Shown: one piece after another, positions 18,041-28,140 of the stretch
How the letters are laid out: every line of letters starts with the position of its first letter
How positions within the stretch are numbered: position 1 is the stretch's first letter
Source of the DNA: Terriglobia bacterium
Lineage (GTDB): Bacteria > Acidobacteriota > Terriglobia > Bryobacterales > Bryobacteraceae
Assembly: GCA_021325175.1 (NCBI GenBank)
Contig: JAJPHS010000127.1
Location: 12,909-76,908 of the forward strand
Length of the DNA stretch: 64,000 nucleotides
Direction: 5' to 3'
Position numbers and translations under genes: made by a program
Notes under the pieces: generated by a model
Databases searched by the model: none
Told to the model about the DNA's origin: nothing
The model's input: the letters and a program-made list of their open reading frames with translations, nothing else

Positions 18041-18487
18041 TCAGCCGGCGATCCGGATCAGCCGCGACGCCATTTTCCGCCGTGCGCCGCCCGCCAGAAG
18101 GTCCTGCAAGGTATAGCGGTTCAGCGCCGCAAACAGCGCCGCCAAAGCTTCATCGAGCACCGGCTTGAGGGTGCAAACCGGCGTCAGAACGCAGTGATTG
18201 GAAGCGCGATCGAAACATTCCGCCAGCCGCATCCTGGGCTCGGCGTCGCGCACCACGTCCCCTAAGCGGATCGATCCGGGATGCCTGGCCAGCGCAATCC
18301 CGCCCCCGCGCCCCGGCGTCACCGACAGATATCCGTGCTCGGCGAGCGTCTGCACCACGCGCACCAGATGGTGTTTCGAAATGCGGTAGGCCGCGCTGAT
18401 CTCCCGCGTGGACGATGGATTTCCTTCGCGCGCGCCGAGATACAGCAGCACGCGCAGCGCGTATTCGGAATGAAGCGTGAGCTGCAT
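18041..18487 (-). CDS. Rrf2-family transcriptional regulator (NsrR/IscR-like, three Cys)
   Basis: MQLTLHSEYALRVLLYLG ... ISKHHLVRVVQTL wHTH. Cys triad CFDRASNHCVLTPVC. Confidence 0.85.
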   Translation of the reverse strand: MQLTLHSEYALRVLLYLGAREGNPSSTREISAAYRISKHHLVRVVQTLAEHGYLSVTPGRGGGIALARHPGSIRLGDVVRDAEPRMRLAECFDRASNHCVLTPVCTLKPVLDEALAALFAALNRYTLQDLLAGGARRKMASRLIRIAG

Positions 18488-19749
18488 TACTTCCAGTAGT
18501 CCGGTAGATCGTGTTTGGTGTCGCGGACGATTTCCATAATCGCGCGCCGGTCCTCGGCGGAGATGCGCGACGGCGTCTTGCCCGCCAGCGCGCCATACAG
18601 CCCCTGGTAGACGCTTTCCTTGGCCACCGCCGGAAGCGCGTCGAAAAGCTCGCTATAGATCATGTAGCTCAACGGATAACGGAACATGCGCGTTCGCAGA
18701 TCGAAGTCGCGCAGCGAACGCCCCTGCTTGTCGCGCGGGCCGCGCTGCGGAAAAGTTTTGGTGAACATCGAAACACCCGCCACCGGATCGTACATCTTCG
18801 CCTCATTCTCGAAAAGCATGTAGCTCACCAGTTCGTCTGTGATCATTTTCAGGCGATTCTGTTTGAATTCCTCGATCTTGCCGTCCTGCTCCGCGATTCT
18901 CGTTTCCCATTGAAGGCGGGTGAGCAGATTGTTCACGCGCGTTTGATGCTCGATGGTCATCAGCGCGACGATGTCGCTGGTCGGCTCGGGATATTGCGAA
19001 AGATCGAAACGCCCGCGCAGGCTGGTCAGGTTCTGGGTGTCGCGGTATTCGAGCACGCTCGGCTGATCGGCGCGAGGCGCGACCGCATTGGCGCGCGATT
19101 GCATCTCGCCGGCCGTGCCCGTCACGTACCATCCGCCCCAGCGATCGTCGAACGGTGTGCGATGGTCGACCATTTTGGCCTGGGCTGCGAAACGCGGCGC
19201 GCCGTCCGGGCCGGGAATCACGGAAGTAATCTCCAATCCGGGGACGTTCAAAGTGCCGGGAATCATGTGGCACTGCATGCATTCCATCGTCCGGCGCAGG
19301 AATTGCGGTTTGGCTGTCTTTTCCCGCTCCAGGGTGTAAAATTCGAGGCCTTGCTTAGCATCGGTGACGATCACTTCCATCACGTCGCCCTCGGGCACGT
19401 AACCGACCGCGGCATCGTCGCTGAAATAAAGGGCACGCGGCGATTTGGGCGAGATTTTCGGCCCCTGAAAACTGGTTTTGGAAAACACCAGCATCTGCGA
19501 ATCGCTATGGATCCCGAGGTGCTTTAACAGGCTCGGCAAATATCCGAACCGCGGATCGTAATCAAGCTTGGTTTTGCCCTGATCGATCTCCGCCTGCAAA
19601 CGCGTAATGGCGTCGTTCGGCGCGCGTTTTTCGTACTGGATGGCCGGATGATCGAAAGGCAGGTAGGGAAAATCGAAGGCGTCGTCATGTGCCGCCGCCC
19701 AGCCGCAGGCGGCAAAAAGTGCGGCGCAGGCTGGCCACTTAAGTTGCAT
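18487..19749 (-). CDS. Secreted protein with a single CXXCH haem-c binding motif (function unknown)
   Basis: Signal peptide MQLKWPACAALFAACGWAAA. CMQCH motif. Its stop overlaps the Rrf2 start at 18487. Confidence 0.7.
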   Translation of the reverse strand: MQLKWPACAALFAACGWAAAHDDAFDFPYLPFDHPAIQYEKRAPNDAITRLQAEIDQGKTKLDYDPRFGYLPSLLKHLGIHSDSQMLVFSKTSFQGPKISPKSPRALYFSDDAAVGYVPEGDVMEVIVTDAKQGLEFYTLEREKTAKPQFLRRTMECMQCHMIPGTLNVPGLEITSVIPGPDGAPRFAAQAKMVDHRTPFDDRWGGWYVTGTAGEMQSRANAVAPRADQPSVLEYRDTQNLTSLRGRFDLSQYPEPTSDIVALMTIEHQTRVNNLLTRLQWETRIAEQDGKIEEFKQNRLKMITDELVSYMLFENEAKMYDPVAGVSMFTKTFPQRGPRDKQGRSLRDFDLRTRMFRYPLSYMIYSELFDALPAVAKESVYQGLYGALAGKTPSRISAEDRRAIMEIVRDTKHDLPDYWK

Positions 19750-19763
19750 ATTAGATGCATCTT
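19741..19763. promoter_or_regulatory. NsrR-type 11-1-11 inverted-repeat operator overlapping the start codon of the haem-c/Rrf2 operon
   Basis: Plus strand AAGTTGCATAT-T-AGATGCATCTT. The half-sites AAGTTGCATAT and AAGATGCATCT resemble the E. coli NsrR half-site AANATGCATTT as I recall it. Confidence 0.5.
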
Positions 19764-19804
19764 ATCACCATCCGGGCGCGGGCGGCGATTCGAGACAATG
19801 AGAC

Positions 19805-21082
19805 TTGATCGAGATCAGCGACGCATCCACCTTTCGCGGTTGCGCGGACGAGCTTTTTACGCCCCGCGGCGAAGACGAGCTTCTGCGCGTGTTCACGCGC
19901 GGCGAGCCGCTGACGATTTTGGGCGCTCTTACCGGCGTCACCGGCGGCGCGGTGCCGCTTTCCGGCTCCGCCATTTCGATGACCAGGATGAATCGCATCG
20001 AAATTCAGCCCGGACGCGCGATTGTCGGGCCCGGAGCGCTGCTGCGCGACGTCCAGGACGCGGCCGCCCGCTCCGGCCAGTTTTATGCGCCGGACCCCAC
20101 CGAGAACACCTCCTCGATCGGGGGAAATATCGCTTGCAACGCCAGCGGGTCGCGAAGTTACCGATTCGGCGCGACTCGCGATCACGTCATCGCGCTCCGC
20201 GTCGCGCTGCTCGATGGCCGGCTGATTGAGGCGCGTCGCGGCCAGCCGGTCGACTTCGACGTTCCCGCCATTCGCGTTCCGCGGACAACCAAGTTTTCGG
20301 CCGGCTATCGCCTGTCGCCGGGGATGGATTGGATCGATTTATTTATTGGCAGCGAGGGCACCCTCGGCGTGGTCACGCAGGCCGAGCTTCGCTTGTTGCC
20401 GGCGCCCGGCGAATTGACCGGCGGCGTGATTTTCTTTCCATCGGAAGGCGCCGCGCTCGATGCCGTCGAGCGGTGGCGCCGCGCGCCGGAGCTGCGCATG
20501 ATCGAATACTTCGACGCCGCGTCGCTGCGAATGATGGACGTCAACCATAACGCGGCGCTGATGATCGAGTTCGAGGGCGATTGCAGCCTCGATCTAACCG
20601 GCGCTCTCGAAGCCGAGTCGTGGTTTGCGATTTCGGCCGCCGATCGCGAGCGTCTGCGCCAGTTTCGCCACACGTTGCCGGAGCGGGTGAATGCGCGCAT
20701 CCGGCGTACGGGATTTTTAAAGCTGAGCACCGATTACGCGGTGCCGCTTGAAAAAAACCGCGAGATGATCGCGATTTACCGCAAAATGATCGATCTCGAT
20801 TACGTTCTGTTCGGCCACATCGGCGACGCGCATCTGCACATCAACACTTTTTCGTCCTCGGCGGCCGAGTTCGAGCGCGCCAAAGCGCTGATGACGGAGC
20901 TGGCCCGCGCTGCGGTCGAGCTGGGCGGCACGGTCGGCGCCGAGCATGGGCTCGGAAAACGGAAAGCGGGGCTGCTTGCGGTGCAGTATTCAGAAGAAGA
21001 AATCGCGGCCATGCGCGCGGTCAAGCGGCGATTCGATCCGGACTGGAGATTAGGCGTCGGGACGTTATTTGAACCACAGTAG
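19805..21082 (+). CDS. FAD-binding oxidoreductase (GlcD / D-lactate dehydrogenase-like, PCMH type)
   Basis: 425 aa. IGGNIACNASG FAD-binding segment and C-terminal GTVGAEHGLGKRK motif. Confidence 0.85.
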   Translation: MIEISDASTFRGCADELFTPRGEDELLRVFTRGEPLTILGALTGVTGGAVPLSGSAISMTRMNRIEIQPGRAIVGPGALLRDVQDAAARSGQFYAPDPTENTSSIGGNIACNASGSRSYRFGATRDHVIALRVALLDGRLIEARRGQPVDFDVPAIRVPRTTKFSAGYRLSPGMDWIDLFIGSEGTLGVVTQAELRLLPAPGELTGGVIFFPSEGAALDAVERWRRAPELRMIEYFDAASLRMMDVNHNAALMIEFEGDCSLDLTGALEAESWFAISAADRERLRQFRHTLPERVNARIRRTGFLKLSTDYAVPLEKNREMIAIYRKMIDLDYVLFGHIGDAHLHINTFSSSAAEFERAKALMTELARAAVELGGTVGAEHGLGKRKAGLLAVQYSEEEIAAMRAVKRRFDPDWRLGVGTLFEPQ

Positions 21083-21348
21083 CCGTTAGCTTTTCGACGG
21101 CTGGATTCATCCGCGCCGGGCCGTAGCTCGCAAGTTATTTAAAAAGCAGGGCTAAATTCCGGTGCGGGCGGAAAGTCCCCCCGTGCTTCAAATGCCGCCA
21201 GCCGTTTGATACCGGCGGAGAATTGCCGCGTCTCACCTATTGATTTTTCCTGAAATGGACATTGCGGCAAAATGTGGCGACCCGTGTAGAGTTTCATCAT
21301 CAAATAGAGCGGCTTGGCGTTCGGATATAATGTAAGTTCCTGCCCAAC

Positions 21349-22320
21349 ATGATAGACACGCCCAGCAAGAAGATTATCCTATTGACGCCACGGGGGTTCT
21401 GCGCCGGCGTGGTACGCGCGATCGATGTAGTGAGGATCGCGCTCGATCTCTATGGCGCTCCCATATACGTGCGCAAGGAGATTGTCCATAATCGCCATGT
21501 CGTGGACGAATTGCGCGGCGCAGGCGCCATTTTCGTTGAGGAGCTGGACGAAGTTCCCGAAGGCGCCCGGGTGATTTTCAGCGCTCATGGAGTGTCGCCG
21601 GCCGTGCGCGCGCAAGCCAGGCAGCGGCGGCTGCAAGTGATCGACGCCACCTGCCCGCTGGTCACCAAGGTTCATCTGGAAGCCGTCAAGTTCGCCAAAA
21701 AAGGGTACACGATCGTTTTAATCGGGCACAAAGACCACGACGAGGTCATCGGCACGCTGGGTGAGGCGCCGGAGTCGACCGTGCTGGTTTCAACCGTCGA
21801 GGACGTGGATCGGCTGGAGGTTCGCGATCCCGGGCGCGTTTCCTTCATTACCCAGACGACGCTAAGTTTGGATGAAACCAAGGACATCGTCGAGCGGCTC
21901 CGGCAGCGTTTTCCCGAGATCCAGGGGCCGGCCGCGCAGGATATCTGCTATGCGACCGAGAACCGCCAGCTTGCGGTCAAGGCGGTGGTTCCGCTGTGCC
22001 AGGTGCTGCTGGTGGTCGGCTCCCAGAACAGTTCCAATTCGCGGCGGCTGGTGGAAGTTTGCGAAAAAATGGGCGTGCCCGCTTACTTAATCGATGATTT
22101 ACGCGAGGTCCGGCCGGAATGGCTGGACGGCGTGCGTACGGTCGCGGTAACGGCGGGGGCTTCCGCGCCGGAGAACCTGGTTCAGGAATTGATCGGGTCG
22201 CTCAAAGAGCAAGGGTTCGGCCAGTTGGAGGAGATGGAAATTAAAGAAGAGGACGTGAGATTCCATCTTCCGTCGGATCTGGCCAAGACGGTGCAACTGC
22301 AAACTGCAACTCGCGTATGA
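21349..22320 (+). CDS. ispH: 4-hydroxy-3-methylbut-2-enyl diphosphate reductase
   Basis: PRGFCAGVVRAI, ATCPLVTKVH and VVGSQNSSNS motifs (three cluster Cys regions). Confidence 0.94.
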   Translation: MIDTPSKKIILLTPRGFCAGVVRAIDVVRIALDLYGAPIYVRKEIVHNRHVVDELRGAGAIFVEELDEVPEGARVIFSAHGVSPAVRAQARQRRLQVIDATCPLVTKVHLEAVKFAKKGYTIVLIGHKDHDEVIGTLGEAPESTVLVSTVEDVDRLEVRDPGRVSFITQTTLSLDETKDIVERLRQRFPEIQGPAAQDICYATENRQLAVKAVVPLCQVLLVVGSQNSSNSRRLVEVCEKMGVPAYLIDDLREVRPEWLDGVRTVAVTAGASAPENLVQELIGSLKEQGFGQLEEMEIKEEDVRFHLPSDLAKTVQLQTATRV

Positions 22321-22387
22321 GGATGCAAGGGGCGGCGCGGGCCATCGTATTTTTGGGCCCGCGAATTCGAGTCAAGAGCGCGGCGGG

Positions 22388-24310
22388 ATGTTTATGAGTC
22401 CTGGCGTACAGATCGCGGATCCGTTGGTGAGCGCCTGCGCGGAGGCGCAGCGGCGGGCGGCGAATTATCTGCTCGGGCTGCAACACGCCGACGGCTACTG
22501 GTGGGCGGACCTCACCGCGGACACCACGCTCGAATCCGATTTTATTTTGCTCGAGCTGTGGCGGCATCCGCCGGTGGACGGCATTTGGAATCCGCCGACG
22601 CGGGAATTAATCGACAAGGCGGCGCGATCGATCCTCGAGCGGCAGCTGCCCGATGGCGGATTCAATATCTACGCCGAAGGTCCATCGGAGCTCAACGCCA
22701 CGATCAAGGCATATACGGCTTTAAAGCTGGCGGGGATGTCCGAACACGATCCCAGCCTGGCTCGGGCGCGGGAGCGTATCCTGGCGCTCGGGGGATTGCA
22801 GCGCGCCAACTCCTATGTCAAGGTCAATCTAAGCCTGTTCGGGCTTTATCCGCGCGAGCACACTCCGTCCATTCCCCCGGAATTGATGCTGCTCGGCAAC
22901 TTTATCTACCAGATGTCGAGCTGGACGCGCGCCATTGTGATTCCGCTGTCGATCGTGCACGCCATGAATCCGCGGCGGCCGGTCCCGGCCGGATTTTCGC
23001 TTAACGAATTGTTCAAACCCGGCGAGCCGTTCGAATTTCCCAACAACGAAGGCTTTTTCAGTTGGCGAAATTTTTTCCTGAAAGCCGACAAAGTTTTCAA
23101 ATTCGCCGAAAAACGCATGTGGCGCGGCCTGCGGACCACGGCCATCCGCCGCGCCGAACAGTGGATGCTGGAGCGCACCCGCTACACCGACGGTCTGGCG
23201 GCGATCTATCCGCCGATGATGTACGTCATCATGGCGCTCGACCTTTTGGGCTACCCGAAGGATCATCCCGACGTGAAGGAAGCCGAGCGGCAGTTCTTCA
23301 ATCTGCTGGTGGATGACGAGCGCGGCTTCTACTTCCAGCCCTGTTTTTCGGTGGTGTGGGACACCGCGATCGCGGCGTTCGCGCTCGGCGAATCGAAACT
23401 GGCGCCCGACGCCGCATTGACCCGCTGCGCCGACTGGCTGCTGACCAAGGAAGTGCGGCGCCGCGGCGACTGGACCGTGAAGCGCCCCAACGTGCCGCCC
23501 TCTGGCTGGTATTTCGAGTTTGCCAACGAATGGTATCCCGATATCGACGATACGGCGCAGGTTCTACTGGCGTTGAGCCGCGCCCGCGCATCGAGCGGCC
23601 ACGACGCCTGCGTGCGGCGCGCCTTGACCTGGCTGCTGGCGATGCAATCGAAAGACGGGGGCTGGGCCGCTTTCGACGTGGATAATAACTGGCAGTCGCT
23701 CAGCGCGGTTCCCTTCGCGGACCATAATGCGATGCTCGATCCGACCTGCCCGGATATTACGGGACGCGTTCTCGAGGGGCTGATCGCATCGGGCGTCGAG
23801 CGCGATCACGCGGCCATCCGGCGCGGAGTTGCGTATCTAAAGCGCGCCCAGGAAGCCGACGGAAGCTGGTACGGGCGCTGGGGCGTCGATTATATTTACG
23901 GCACCTGCTTCGCGCTGCGCGGGCTGCGCGCGGCGGGCGAGAGCGACCGCGAGGCCTACATTTTGCGCGCCGGCGAGTGGCTGCGATCGATTCAGAACGC
24001 CGATGGCGGCTGGGGCGAGAGCTGCGCTTCCTACGATCGGAAGACGTTTGTGCCGGCCGCATCGACTCCCTCGCAAACCGCCTGGGCGATTTCCGGGCTG
24101 ATCGCCGGCGGCGACACCACCAGCAACAGCCTGCACAAAGGAATCGAGTACCTGATCGAAACGCAGCGGAAAGACGGCGGATGGGATGAGAAATTGTCCA
24201 CCGGAACCGGCTTTCCCGGCGTTTTTTATCTGAAATATCACTATTATCGACATTCGTTTCCGGTCCTGGCGTTATCGGACTATTTGAGAACGAGAAATGG
24301 GGCCAAATGA
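22388..24310 (+). CDS. shc: Squalene-hopene cyclase
   Basis: 640 aa. DIDDTAQV (DxDD catalytic motif) and repeated QW-type motifs (QxxDGGW / QNADGGWGE). Confidence 0.96.
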   Translation: MFMSPGVQIADPLVSACAEAQRRAANYLLGLQHADGYWWADLTADTTLESDFILLELWRHPPVDGIWNPPTRELIDKAARSILERQLPDGGFNIYAEGPSELNATIKAYTALKLAGMSEHDPSLARARERILALGGLQRANSYVKVNLSLFGLYPREHTPSIPPELMLLGNFIYQMSSWTRAIVIPLSIVHAMNPRRPVPAGFSLNELFKPGEPFEFPNNEGFFSWRNFFLKADKVFKFAEKRMWRGLRTTAIRRAEQWMLERTRYTDGLAAIYPPMMYVIMALDLLGYPKDHPDVKEAERQFFNLLVDDERGFYFQPCFSVVWDTAIAAFALGESKLAPDAALTRCADWLLTKEVRRRGDWTVKRPNVPPSGWYFEFANEWYPDIDDTAQVLLALSRARASSGHDACVRRALTWLLAMQSKDGGWAAFDVDNNWQSLSAVPFADHNAMLDPTCPDITGRVLEGLIASGVERDHAAIRRGVAYLKRAQEADGSWYGRWGVDYIYGTCFALRGLRAAGESDREAYILRAGEWLRSIQNADGGWGESCASYDRKTFVPAASTPSQTAWAISGLIAGGDTTSNSLHKGIEYLIETQRKDGGWDEKLSTGTGFPGVFYLKYHYYRHSFPVLALSDYLRTRNGAK

Positions 24311-25419
24311 GAGTACCGCTGGGGCAGGTCGCCGACATGGCGGCCTACATCGCGAAAAATAAACTGCGTCCAAAGCCGGAGTGGCAGCGAAACCTGGCCG
24401 CGGACGATTCGGCAAATCCCTTTAAGATCATTCACACCCAGATCCCCTCGGCGCGCGCCGGGCGCAAACCGCATCCGATGATCAACAAACGGTTTCCACT
24501 GGTAATGATGCTGGAGCCGCTGCACGCCTGCAATCTGACCTGCACCAGCTGCGGGCGGATTCGCGAGTACGAATCGACCGTGCGGGAGCGCTTGACGCTG
24601 GAGCAGTGCTTGCGCGCGGTGGATGAGTGCGGCGCGCCTCTGGTTTCAATCTGCGGAGGCGAGCCGCTGCTTTATCCCGAAATCGGTCCGCTGGCGGCCG
24701 CGATTTTGCAGCGCGGAAAATACATTCAGCTTTGCACTAACGGCATGTTTATTGCAAAAAAGTTGAAGGAATTCAAACCCGATAACGCCTTCGTGTTTAA
24801 CGTTCACCTCGACGGGATGGAGAAGAATCACGATCTCGCCGTCGAGCGGCCGGGCGTGTTTCGCGAGGCCATCGAGGGCGTAAAGGCCGCCAAAGCCGCC
24901 GGCTTCAAGGTTTTCTCGAATACCACCGTCTACAAAGAAACCGACATGCGCGAGATCGAGGAGCTGTTCGAGTACCTGGCGCAGTTCAAAGTAGACGGCC
25001 ACACCATCGCGCCGGCGTATGGATATTCGGCGGTGAATGATCGCGAGATTTTCCTGACTCGCGAGGATGTGCACGAGAAGTTCAAGTCCATCGACAAGCT
25101 TTCGAAGAAATATCCGATCGTCGCCTCGCCGGTGTACATGGAGTTTTTAAAGGGCGAGCGGGATCTGCCGTGCACTGCCTGGGGCAATCCGACGTATAAC
25201 GTTAAGGGCTGGAAGGGTCCGTGTTATTTGATCACCGACGCCCATTACGACACGTTCGAAGAGCTGATGACGCGGACGCCCTGGGAAAATTACGGAGCGG
25301 GCAATGATCCGCGGTGCGCCGATTGCATGGTGCATTGCGGATACGAGCCCTCGGCGGCGTACGGCATTAATTCGAAGTTCAGCGATCCGTTTAAATCGCT
25401 GGCGTGGCTGCTGAGTTAA
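24307..25419 (+). CDS. hpnH: Adenosyl-hopene transferase HpnH (radical SAM)
   Basis: ATGA overlap with the shc stop. CNLTCTSCGRI radical-SAM CxxxCxxC motif. C-terminal Cys-rich PRCADCMVHCGYEP. Confidence 0.9.
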   Translation: MRVPLGQVADMAAYIAKNKLRPKPEWQRNLAADDSANPFKIIHTQIPSARAGRKPHPMINKRFPLVMMLEPLHACNLTCTSCGRIREYESTVRERLTLEQCLRAVDECGAPLVSICGGEPLLYPEIGPLAAAILQRGKYIQLCTNGMFIAKKLKEFKPDNAFVFNVHLDGMEKNHDLAVERPGVFREAIEGVKAAKAAGFKVFSNTTVYKETDMREIEELFEYLAQFKVDGHTIAPAYGYSAVNDREIFLTREDVHEKFKSIDKLSKKYPIVASPVYMEFLKGERDLPCTAWGNPTYNVKGWKGPCYLITDAHYDTFEELMTRTPWENYGAGNDPRCADCMVHCGYEPSAAYGINSKFSDPFKSLAWLLS

Positions 25420-25426
25420 CTCGCGT

Positions 25427-26398
25427 GTGAAACCCGTTTTGGTGACCGGCGCGACGGGGTTTGTCGGATGGCATGTCGCGCGGACGCTTTTGAATCGCGG
25501 CGATATGGTTCGCGTGCTGGCGCGCGATCCAAAACGAGTGCGCGAGCTGGATGGAGCCGAAATCGCGCGCGGCGATTTGCGCGATTCGGATTCGCTCAAG
25601 CGGGCGGTGGCGGGCTGCGCCGTGGTCTATCACGTCGCGGCGGATTACCGGCTGTGGACGCGCGAGCCGCGGGAAATGTTCCGCTCCAACGTGGACGGAA
25701 CCCGAGCCCTGCTTGATGCCGCTCGCGCCGCGGGAGTCGAGCGCGTGGTTTATACCAGCACGGTCGGATGCATCGGCATTCCAGAGAGCGCCATCGGCGA
25801 TGAGGATACGCCGGTTTCGATCGCGGAAATGAACGGGCCGTATAAAAAATCGAAATTTCTGGCCGAGCAGATCGCGCGCGAAAAGACGGATTTGCCGGTG
25901 GTGATCGTCAATCCCACCGCGCCGGTCGGGGATCACGATTTTAAGCCGACGCCGACAGGAAGAATCGTCGTCGATTTCCTGCGCGGGAAGATGCCGGGAT
26001 TCGTCGATACGGGTTTGAATGTGGTGGACGTTCGCGATGTCGCCGAGGGGCACTTGCTGGCTTGCGAGCGCGGGCGAGCCGGGGAGCGGTACATTTTGGG
26101 GTCGGAAAATCTGACTTTAGAGGAGATTTTCAGGAAATTGGCGGAAATTGCCGGCCGGCCGGCGCCGAAAATCCGCGTGCCTTACCCGCTGGCATATGCT
26201 TATGGCGCGGTTTCCACGGCCTGGGCGAGCGTGACCGGACGCGAGCCGCTGGCGCCGCTGGACGCGGTGAGAATGTCACGAAAAAGGATGTGGGTGCGTC
26301 ATGACAAAGCCGCGCGGGATCTCGGATATTCGCCGGGTCCGGCGCAGGCGGCGCTGAAGCGGGCGGTCGAGTGGTTCCGCGCCAATGGCTACTGTTAA
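25427..26398 (+). CDS. hpnA: Hopanoid-associated sugar epimerase HpnA (SDR family)
   Basis: VLVTGATGFVGWHV, HVAADYRLW, YKKSKFLAEQ and KPTPTGRIVVDFL. Close to my recollection of the HpnA family pattern. Confidence 0.85.
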   Translation: MKPVLVTGATGFVGWHVARTLLNRGDMVRVLARDPKRVRELDGAEIARGDLRDSDSLKRAVAGCAVVYHVAADYRLWTREPREMFRSNVDGTRALLDAARAAGVERVVYTSTVGCIGIPESAIGDEDTPVSIAEMNGPYKKSKFLAEQIAREKTDLPVVIVNPTAPVGDHDFKPTPTGRIVVDFLRGKMPGFVDTGLNVVDVRDVAEGHLLACERGRAGERYILGSENLTLEEIFRKLAEIAGRPAPKIRVPYPLAYAYGAVSTAWASVTGREPLAPLDAVRMSRKRMWVRHDKAARDLGYSPGPAQAALKRAVEWFRANGYC

Positions 26399-27020
26399 AA
26401 CGTGGCTGCTGGTGGCGGCCGAGCGGCGCGAGTTTGATGGAATCTTGGAGCGTTTCGGCGCATCTGAAAGATTAAACTGGCCGGTGGAGTTCGCCTGCGA
26501 GGCGCATTATCGGGGTGACCGCTACGTGATGGTCGCCAATGGTCCGGGCCGAAGGTTGGCCGGGAAAGCTTTGGAGAAAAGAATCGACGTGGACGGGATT
26601 GTCAGCACGGGATTTTGCGGAGCGCTTGATCCGGCTTTAAGGGTGGGCGATGTTGTCACGGATGCGGGTGCGGTTTATTGCGTTGATCGCGTGATTGTCA
26701 GCGCCGCCGAGAAGCGCGCGCTGCGGGAAACAACCGGTGCGGCGGCGGTCGATATGGAATCCGCCGCCGTGGCGGCCAAGGCCGCCGAATGGGGCGTCCC
26801 ATTTCACTTCATTCGCGCCGTTTCCGACGCCGCCTGCGACGATATGCCGCTCGATTTCAATTTATACCGCGACCCGCAGGGCCGCTTTTCCCGCGGGCGC
26901 ATTACGCTGGCGGCGCTGGCCCGGCCTTTTATGCGGGTTCCCGCTTTGCTACGCTTGGATCGCAACACGAAGATCGCCGCGCGATCGTTAGGGGCTTATT
27001 TTGCTGACTGCCGACTCTAG
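26385..27020 (+). CDS. hpnG: Hopanoid-associated phosphorylase/nucleosidase HpnG
   Basis: PNP/UDP-1 family features (STGFCGAL, VDMESAAVA, IRAVSD). Position directly after hpnA. Confidence 0.75.
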   Translation: MATVKTWLLVAAERREFDGILERFGASERLNWPVEFACEAHYRGDRYVMVANGPGRRLAGKALEKRIDVDGIVSTGFCGALDPALRVGDVVTDAGAVYCVDRVIVSAAEKRALRETTGAAAVDMESAAVAAKAAEWGVPFHFIRAVSDAACDDMPLDFNLYRDPQGRFSRGRITLAALARPFMRVPALLRLDRNTKIAARSLGAYFADCRL

Positions 27021-27057
27021 CCGCATCACCGTTCGCGCTCCCCGGACGCCCCGCCAA

Positions 27058-28140
27058 ATGCGGGCGGCCGTGTACAAAGGCGCGGGCGTGATTGAAGTGG
27101 ACACGCTGCCGGTGCCCGAAATCGCAGCGGGAGAAATTCTGATTCGCGTTGAAACCTGCGGGATTTGTCACACCGACCTCAAAAAAATCGAATACAATTT
27201 ACTGCCGCCGCCGCGAATTTACGGTCATGAAACCGCCGGCGTAGTCGCGGCCGTGGGCGAAAATGTCACGCGATACCGGCCCGGCGATCGGGTCATCGTG
27301 TTTCATCACATTCCTTGCGGCCAATGTTTTTATTGCGAAAAGAAACTTTACGCGCAGTGTCCGGTCTATAAGAAGGTGGGCGTGACCGCGGGATACGAGC
27401 CGGCGGGCGGCGGATTTTCGCAGTATGTGCGCGTGATGGACTGGATCGTCGAGCAGGGCCTAGAAAAGATTCCCGAAGGAGTCTCCTTCGACGCGGCCTG
27501 TTTTGTCGAGCCGGTGAATACCTGCCTCAAGGGAGTCAAGCTGATCGATCCGCGGCCGGGCGACGCGATCGCGATTTTAGGCCAGGGTCCCATCGGGCTG
27601 ATTTTCACCATGATTGCCGCTCGCACCGGAGCGCGGGTAATTGCAACCGATACAATGGCCGCGCGGCGCGAGCTGGCGCGGCGGTTCGGCGCCCAGGAAG
27701 TCTTCGATCCGCGCGACGAGAATTTCGAAAAAACCGCGCGGGCAATGACCTCCGGCCGCGGGCTCGATTTGGCGATCGTCGCCGCATCGGCCCGCGGAAT
27801 TGTCGAGCAGGCGGTGCGGGCATCGCGGCCCGGCGCGCGAATTTTGCTGTTTGCGCAGACCTCGCATCAGGAGCGTATCGAGGTTTCCGGCGCCGACATT
27901 TGCATGGGCGAACGGGTTTTGTGCGGCTCCTACAGCGCCTCCGTCGACCTGCAACGGGAATCGGCCGATTTGGTTTTCAGCGGGGCGCTGCCGGTGGAAA
28001 AGCTGATTTCTCACCGCTTTCCGCTGCCCCGGATTCAGGAGGGAATCGACCGCGCGTTGCATCCGGACGAACAATCGTTGAAGATAGTAATTAAGCCGCA
28101 ACTCGACTCATCCGAGGACAGTAAAGCGAGGATCAAATGA
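27058..28140 (+). CDS. Zn-dependent alcohol/polyol dehydrogenase (MDR family)
   Basis: Catalytic Zn ligands in ETCGICHTDL and GHETAG. Structural Zn site CGQCFYCEKKLYAQC. GxGxxG as LGQGPIGL. The track ORF opens at 27001, but ATG 27058 (MRAAVYKG) fits the family N-terminus. Confidence 0.85.
   Translation: MRAAVYKGAGVIEVDTLPVPEIAAGEILIRVETCGICHTDLKKIEYNLLPPPRIYGHETAGVVAAVGENVTRYRPGDRVIVFHHIPCGQCFYCEKKLYAQCPVYKKVGVTAGYEPAGGGFSQYVRVMDWIVEQGLEKIPEGVSFDAACFVEPVNTCLKGVKLIDPRPGDAIAILGQGPIGLIFTMIAARTGARVIATDTMAARRELARRFGAQEVFDPRDENFEKTARAMTSGRGLDLAIVAASARGIVEQAVRASRPGARILLFAQTSHQERIEVSGADICMGERVLCGSYSASVDLQRESADLVFSGALPVEKLISHRFPLPRIQEGIDRALHPDEQSLKIVIKPQLDSSEDSKARIK

Noticed and set aside
21083-21348. 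266-bp gap upstream of ispH, inspected for a leader resembling the dxr one (shared MEP-pathway regulation) and for small ORFs.
   Set aside because: No shared sequence or helix pattern with 1781-1925. There are only short inverted repeats (CCGCC..GGCGG) and a TATAAT near 21324, and nothing looks like a coding small ORF.
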